DNA of 20,000 nt from an uncultured virus (IMG/VR IMGVR_UViG_2512564001_000011) (taxonomy: Duplodnaviria; Heunggongvirae; Uroviricota; Caudoviricetes): IMG/VR virus record IMGVR_UViG_2512564001_000011; one strand, given 5' to 3'. Of the stretch, positions 16,650-20,000 are shown piece by piece. The position numbers were made by a program, and so were the translations under genes. The notes below the pieces were generated by a model. That model had not been told where the DNA came from and did no database searches. It saw only the letters and a list, made by a program, of their open reading frames with translations. Position 1 is the stretch's first letter. Every line of letters starts with the position of its first letter.

Positions 16650-16716
16650 GAACGATGCGGTATACCATCGGGCGACCGGATAGCACTCTGCTAAATGGCT
16701 GAAGCGGCAAAACCCA
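16650..16716 (+). ncRNA. putR-like antiterminator RNA
   Basis: GAACGATGCGGTATACCATCGGG...GAAGCGGCAAAACCCA, two stems, immediately after cro2. Confidence 0.6.
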
Positions 16717-16810
16717 CTTAATCACTCACAATCTCACTCTATCTATTATTTTTTCACAAACCTCATAGAAATATTGAGGTAGGGAATTTTATTACTTAAG
16801 GATTATAACC

Positions 16811-17227
16811 ATGGAATATTCAAATACTATCAAAATCACCTGCAAACCCGAGCATTTAGAATCTTACTTCTACCAGAAGATGGCATCAGAAGGCGGTAAT
16901 AACGGGTTTGCCAAATCACTTGGGATTCACCCATCAACAGCGAGTCGGGATAAAACCAGAATATTTAAATTAGCCTGTCAGGTCGTTTCAGAATACGGCT
17001 TGCCAAGGCATGTGGTGAGTGTGCCTGATTCATCGACACAGGAAGTTGTTATCACGAATATCTCAGGTGAGGAAATACGTAATCTCATTGATATGTTTGG
17101 GCGTGTATCAACAGAAAAAATACAAATGCTGATTGACATGTTGGAACATTTAAGATTGCCAAAAAAAGAAGCTTCAAAGTTAAAAAACGATGAAGCTTCA
17201 GAATGTCAGATCGAGTGTTGTATTTAA
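16811..17227 (+). CDS. CII-like transcriptional activator
   Basis: GNNGFAKSLGIHPSTASRDK HTH; position between cro and O. Confidence 0.8.
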   Translation: MEYSNTIKITCKPEHLESYFYQKMASEGGNNGFAKSLGIHPSTASRDKTRIFKLACQVVSEYGLPRHVVSVPDSSTQEVVITNISGEEIRNLIDMFGRVSTEKIQMLIDMLEHLRLPKKEASKLKNDEASECQIECCI

Positions 17228-17303
17228 TTAAAGATTTCAGGAAGTTTAATGAGAAGGGAAACGCCAAATTTCCCTTTTTTCTTTCAATTTCAGCGAGGTC
17301 ATT

Positions 17304-17477
17304 ATGCCAAAAAATCGCCGATTTATCAATAAAAACCATGAAGAAAAAGCTCATCCAGATAGTCCTGATGGGCTATTGGTTGCTGCATCAAAAAATAAAG
17401 ATTTTGCCCGTCGGTTAGTATCAGAATTCAGGAAGTTACAAGGAGATAAAAATGGCTGCAACAGTCACCAGTCTTGA
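17304..17477 (+). CDS. Small phage protein, 57 aa, between cII and O
   Basis: GAGGT RBS; MPKNRRFINKNHEEKAHPDSPDGLLVAASKNKDFARRLVSEFRKL...; overlaps the O start. Not in the ORF track. Confidence 0.55.
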   Translation: MPKNRRFINKNHEEKAHPDSPDGLLVAASKNKDFARRLVSEFRKLQGDKNGCNSHQS

Positions 17478-18291
17478 TGATTACAGAGTTAAAAACGAAG
17501 TCAGGGAGAATGCCGTGGCTGAGATTGAAAATGGGTATACCAGAATAGCGAATGAGCTACTTGAAGCGATAGCAGGTGCTGATTTAACTGTCAGACAGAT
17601 AAAAATCTTACTCACTATAGTCAGAAAAACTTATGGCTTCGGCAAAAAGCTTGATCGAATTACGAATACACAAATTGCAGAAATAACAGGTATACATCAT
17701 ACCCATGTTTGTAAAGCAAAGAATGAAATGATTTCAATGAATATCTTAATCTTGGAAAAGGGAAGAATAGGAATTAACAAAAAAATATCTGAGTGGAATT
17801 TTAATATTAGCCAAAATAGCAAAACATTAGCCAATTCAGCTAATGATAATAAATTAGCTAAGTCAGCTAATAAAAGTTTAGCCAAGTTAGCTAATGTTAG
17901 ATTAGCTGAGTCAGCTAAACACAAAAGAAATCTTTTAAAGAAAAAAGAAAATACACCCCTTACCCCTCACGAGGGGAATGATGAGAAATTAATTTCTAAC
18001 AATCGAAAAAACAAAATCCCCTATCAGGAAATTCTACAGGTTTACAACGAGACAGTAGGTGACAGATTACCCAATGCTGAATCACTGAACGACAAACGAA
18101 AACAGGCTATTGGTAAATTCTGGAAAGAACTCAAAAACCCTTCGGTTGATGCTGCCAGAAATTATTTTGAAGTATTTGTTGAAACCGCTAATCCTTGGTA
18201 TTTCGGTGAAAATGACCGAGGCTGGCGAGCAAGTTTTGATTATCTGCTAAGACCTGACACAGTAACCAAAACGAGGGAGGGTGCGCTATGA
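17452..18291 (+). CDS. Phage replication initiator (lambda O / P22 gp18-like)
   Basis: ENGYTRIANELLEA, RKTYGFGKK and GENDRGWRASFDYLLR motifs; internal iterons. Confidence 0.92.
   Translation: MAATVTSLDDYRVKNEVRENAVAEIENGYTRIANELLEAIAGADLTVRQIKILLTIVRKTYGFGKKLDRITNTQIAEITGIHHTHVCKAKNEMISMNILILEKGRIGINKKISEWNFNISQNSKTLANSANDNKLAKSANKSLAKLANVRLAESAKHKRNLLKKKENTPLTPHEGNDEKLISNNRKNKIPYQEILQVYNETVGDRLPNAESLNDKRKQAIGKFWKELKNPSVDAARNYFEVFVETANPWYFGENDRGWRASFDYLLRPDTVTKTREGAL
17807..17918. repeat. Phage origin iterons inside O
   Basis: Five 17-mers related to TTAGCYAAGTCAGCTAA at 17807, 17827, 17854, 17878 and 17902, followed by an A-rich tract. Confidence 0.85.
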
Positions 18292-18516
18292 GTTATCAAG
18301 TGGTCATTCAGTCAAGGAGGACAGAGCGAATGACCGAAGTTAAAAATTAGCATTTTTACCTCAGATTTAAAAATTCAATCTCAATTTGCTATTCAAACAC
18401 CCTCTAAAACGCTCTGTAATCCATTCTAAGCCGTTTTATCGATTTAAACGTAAATTCGTACCACTAAAATTTTATCGTCGCTCAGAATGCGATAAGGCGA
18501 GTTTTAGATTTAAGGA

Positions 18517-19923
18517 ATGATCCTAATGAGATATACTGTTAATCAAGTCCCTAATAACCTACCTGCTGAGCAAAGTGTTATTGGTGGTTTACTGATAGAC
18601 CCAATGAGCGACAATGCCTTGAAGGTGTTTTCACTGCTAAGCCCTGATGATTTTTATGCCACGCACCACCGATTGATTTATGCAGAAATGCGCGCGATGA
18701 GCGCGAAACGTCAGGCAATCGATATCATCACGGTGGATGAAGCGTTGTCTAAATCAGGGATGGCTCAAAAGGCGGGTGGATTTGCCTATCTTGCTGAGAT
18801 AGCCAAAAATATCCCGAGTGCCGCAAACATCGTCAGTTACGCAAAAAGTATCAAAGAGTGTGCAGCAGGACGCTATACGGTTGAAAAAGCCATGGATATT
18901 CAAAAGTTATTTACTCAGCCTAGTGCGCTAGGGCTTGCTGACAAAATCGACATGGCGCAACGTCTGATTGATGAAGCAGCAAAGTTTAGCAAGGTTGGTC
19001 ACAAAACAGGGCTGCGTCGTATCGATGATGTGCTAGATGATGTGTTCACAGATATTTGTGACCGTCAGGACAACCCCGAAAAGAATTGTGGACTTAAAAC
19101 AGGGTTTAGGGACTTTGACGACTTACTGAAACCCAAGCAAATCGTTAATGGCTCATTGTTCGTGGTTGGTGCACGCCCAAAGATGGGTAAAACCACCGTG
19201 TTGACTGAAATGGCGAAAAACGTTTCAAATCAAGGGAAAGCAGTATTGTTATTTAGCATGGAAATGACCGATGGTCAGTTAGCCGAGCGAACATTAAGCC
19301 AACAATCTAATCTTAATTCAAATCGGTTTTATGAGAAGCTGGAAGAGCATGAGTGGGATGAGTTATGCAGTGCGATTGGACAACTCAAACAGTGCCCAAA
19401 TATCTGGATTGATGATACGCCTGCTATGACTTTGCATCACATACAATCAGAATGTCGAAAAATAAAACGTAAAATAGGCAATATTGGGTTTATTGGCGTT
19501 GATTATTTAACACTGATGCAGACTGAAAAAGCGGATAGAAACGATTTAGCTTACGGAAATATCACCAAAGGGTTAAAAGTTTTGGCAAAAGAACTTAATA
19601 CTGTTGTCGTGTTATTAACACAATTAAACCGAAGTTTAGAACAGCGCACCAACAAAAGACCCATGCCCAGTGACAGCCGCGATACGGGGCAAATTGAGCA
19701 GGATTGCGATTATTGGTTAGGGATTCATCGGGAATCGGTTTATGACACGGAAGCAGATAAAACTCTAACAGAACTCATACTACGGTTAAATCGACATGGT
19801 AAAACAGGAACGGTTTACGTTGACCAGAAAGGACTAAGTATTTTCCCTGTTGACCAGCATGTAGCCGCAGCAAAAAGCCAACCACAAAAAGAACCTAAGC
19901 GCTATTCCGAGAAGAAATTCTAA
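18517..19923 (+). CDS. dnaB: Phage DnaB-type replicative helicase (P22 gp12-like)
   Basis: AEQSVIGGL, Walker A GARPKMGKT, FSMEM, VDYL, QLNR and DSRDTGQIEQD motifs. Confidence 0.93.
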   Translation: MILMRYTVNQVPNNLPAEQSVIGGLLIDPMSDNALKVFSLLSPDDFYATHHRLIYAEMRAMSAKRQAIDIITVDEALSKSGMAQKAGGFAYLAEIAKNIPSAANIVSYAKSIKECAAGRYTVEKAMDIQKLFTQPSALGLADKIDMAQRLIDEAAKFSKVGHKTGLRRIDDVLDDVFTDICDRQDNPEKNCGLKTGFRDFDDLLKPKQIVNGSLFVVGARPKMGKTTVLTEMAKNVSNQGKAVLLFSMEMTDGQLAERTLSQQSNLNSNRFYEKLEEHEWDELCSAIGQLKQCPNIWIDDTPAMTLHHIQSECRKIKRKIGNIGFIGVDYLTLMQTEKADRNDLAYGNITKGLKVLAKELNTVVVLLTQLNRSLEQRTNKRPMPSDSRDTGQIEQDCDYWLGIHRESVYDTEADKTLTELILRLNRHGKTGTVYVDQKGLSIFPVDQHVAAAKSQPQKEPKRYSEKKF

Positions 19924-19938
19924 TCAGGAAACCCTCCA

Positions 19939-20000
19939 ATGAAATACCAAATTGAAGCAACCCTTGTTAAGGATGGTGGCGAGCCTGTGCATTGGTATCG
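19939..20000 (+). CDS. Start of a small phage protein (possibly DUF1187-like), truncated by the window
   Basis: AGGA RBS; MKYQIEATLVKDGGEPVHWY. Confidence 0.4.
   Translation, partial: MKYQIEATLVKDGGEPVHWY

Larger units (their letters stand above)
13859..20000. mobile_element. Lambdoid prophage immunity and replication region
   Basis: cI/cro pairs, operators, cII, O and a DnaB-type helicase in canonical order. Confidence 0.92.

Noticed and set aside
17807..17918. Possible CRISPR-like repeat array
   Set aside because: Spacers are only 3-10 bp, the repeats lie inside the O gene, and no cas genes are present; these are origin iterons.
14203..17924. ORFs 14203-14544, 16072-16263, 16200-16397, 17085-17354, 17203-17418 and 17697-17924
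   Set aside because: Shadows of better-supported phage genes.

Overview
AT-rich enterobacterial DNA, Morganellaceae/Arsenophonus-like by inference, made entirely of mobile DNA and split by a 100-N scaffold gap (13759-13858). Left of the gap, a prophage terminase 3' end and a resolvase-type res site are followed by a tandem array of integrated small replicons. Unit 1 (~323-8200) is a pC194-family rolling-circle element bounded at both ends by CTTG^AT nick-site sequences. It carries proQ/finO, an SOS-controlled colicin E-type DNase (frameshifted) with its immunity gene, and a Rep_1 gene with one premature stop. Unit 2 (~8200-13370) repeats the same origin-proximal non-coding DNA but is joined to a ColE2-type theta replicon, which has a spare Rep C-terminus plus origin of apparently different specificity. 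Both units carry the same cassette: rpn, then a C4-type antisense RNA switch, an Icd-like gene and a LuxR-like HTH gene. The RNA recognition loops and the internal RpnS antitoxins differ between copies, and a third, deleted copy keeps only an RpnS. Right of the gap is a lambdoid early region with two stacked immunity modules (cleavable CI/Cro with nut; DicA-like repressor/Cro with put-like RNAs), then cII, O with iterons, and a DnaB-type helicase. All family assignments come from motif recognition by eye; no database searches were run.
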